Assembly: GCA_965223855.1 (NCBI GenBank)
Contig: CBDCXM010000009.1
Span: 2,080,001-2,144,000 of the forward strand
Direction: 5' to 3'
DNA from: Candidatus Multivoradales bacterium
GTDB taxonomy: Bacteria > Acidobacteriota > Thermoanaerobaculia > Multivoradales > JAHEKO01
Length of the DNA stretch: 64,000 bases
Part shown: positions 63,520 to 64,000 of the stretch, piece after piece
How positions within the stretch are numbered: the first letter of the stretch is position 1
Layout of the letters: each line of letters begins with the position of its first letter
Translations under genes and position numbers: made by a program
Notes under the pieces: model-generated
The model's input: only the letters and a program-made list of their open reading frames with translations
The model's database searches: none
Told to the model about the DNA's origin: nothing

Positions 63520-64000
63520 ATGCTCAAGAGCCAGAAGCGTCTCCTGCTGTTGATCGCCGCCCTGCCGGTCCTGCTGTTGGTGGTGGCGCTGGTCTACATG
63601 TTCGGAATGAACGTTCTCGAGGATTCGCCGCGCAGCTTCTGGCGCAGCCTCGAGTGGGCCGCCGAGACGGTCTCCACGACCGGCTACGGCGCCGACTCGA
63701 CCTGGACGCATCCTCTGATGGTGGCGTTCGTCGTGCTGTGCCAGTTCGGCGGCGTCTTCCTCGTCTTCCTCGTCTTCCCGATCTACCTCATACCCTTCCT
63801 CGAGGAGCGGTTCGAAGTGAGGGTGCCGACGACCGCCGGGGAGCTCGAGGAGCACGTCGTCGTCTACCGCTCGGGGCCTGCCGTGACCACTCTTCTCGCT
63901 GAGCTCGACCGCGCCGGCATCGAGACCCTGGTCGTAGAGCCCGACGAGAGCCGCGCGAGAGCACTGATGAACCGCGGTCGCAGGGTGATTCACGGTGCCC
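63520..64000 (+). CDS. potassium channel family protein with TrkA/RCK domain (runs off the window)
   Basis: Manual translation MLKSQKRLLLL...WAAETVSTTGYGAD...HVVVY; 2 TM + pore loop + RCK start. Confidence 0.85.
   Translation, partial: MLKSQKRLLLLIAALPVLLLVVALVYMFGMNVLEDSPRSFWRSLEWAAETVSTTGYGADSTWTHPLMVAFVVLCQFGGVFLVFLVFPIYLIPFLEERFEVRVPTTAGELEEHVVVYRSGPAVTTLLAELDRAGIETLVVEPDESRARALMNRGRRVIHGA

Overview
High-GC bacterial chromosomal segment, densely coding, about 59 CDS. The gene repertoire (DUF1844/TPR/DUF4388 cluster, hspR beside dnaK, an IFxDxFESGD-motif protein) suggests an Acidobacteriota (Thermoanaerobaculia-like) genome; this is inference only. I saw no rRNA, tRNA, CRISPR array, integrase or transposase. 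Housekeeping genes: dnaK, hspR, carA, carB, fumC, aroF, mazG, rlmN, ppk2, dinB, lemA, rimK, mce and two acyl-CoA dehydrogenases. Best leads: (1) a translationally coupled pair of PilT-family ATPases, one fused to about 440 aa of HEAT-like repeats, with no pilus genes nearby; (2) a CtpA/S41 homologue lacking both catalytic residues in the envC-ctpA-yibQ-type operon; (3) an orphan ParA coupled to a Roadblock/MglB-like protein; (4) a lone HEPN (Rx4H) gene with atypical codon usage; (5) a GT2/GT-C glycosylation operon ending in a secreted protein with an IFxDxFESGD motif at its N-terminus, beside an intact/degenerate SGNH paralogue pair; (6) three hairpin-dense intergenic regions that could be RNAs. 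Two 1-nt insertions (about 27448 and 33093) disrupt conserved genes and are probably sequencing errors. All family calls come from motifs recognised by eye; no database searches were run. Start codons were picked by eye from RBS and gene overlaps.
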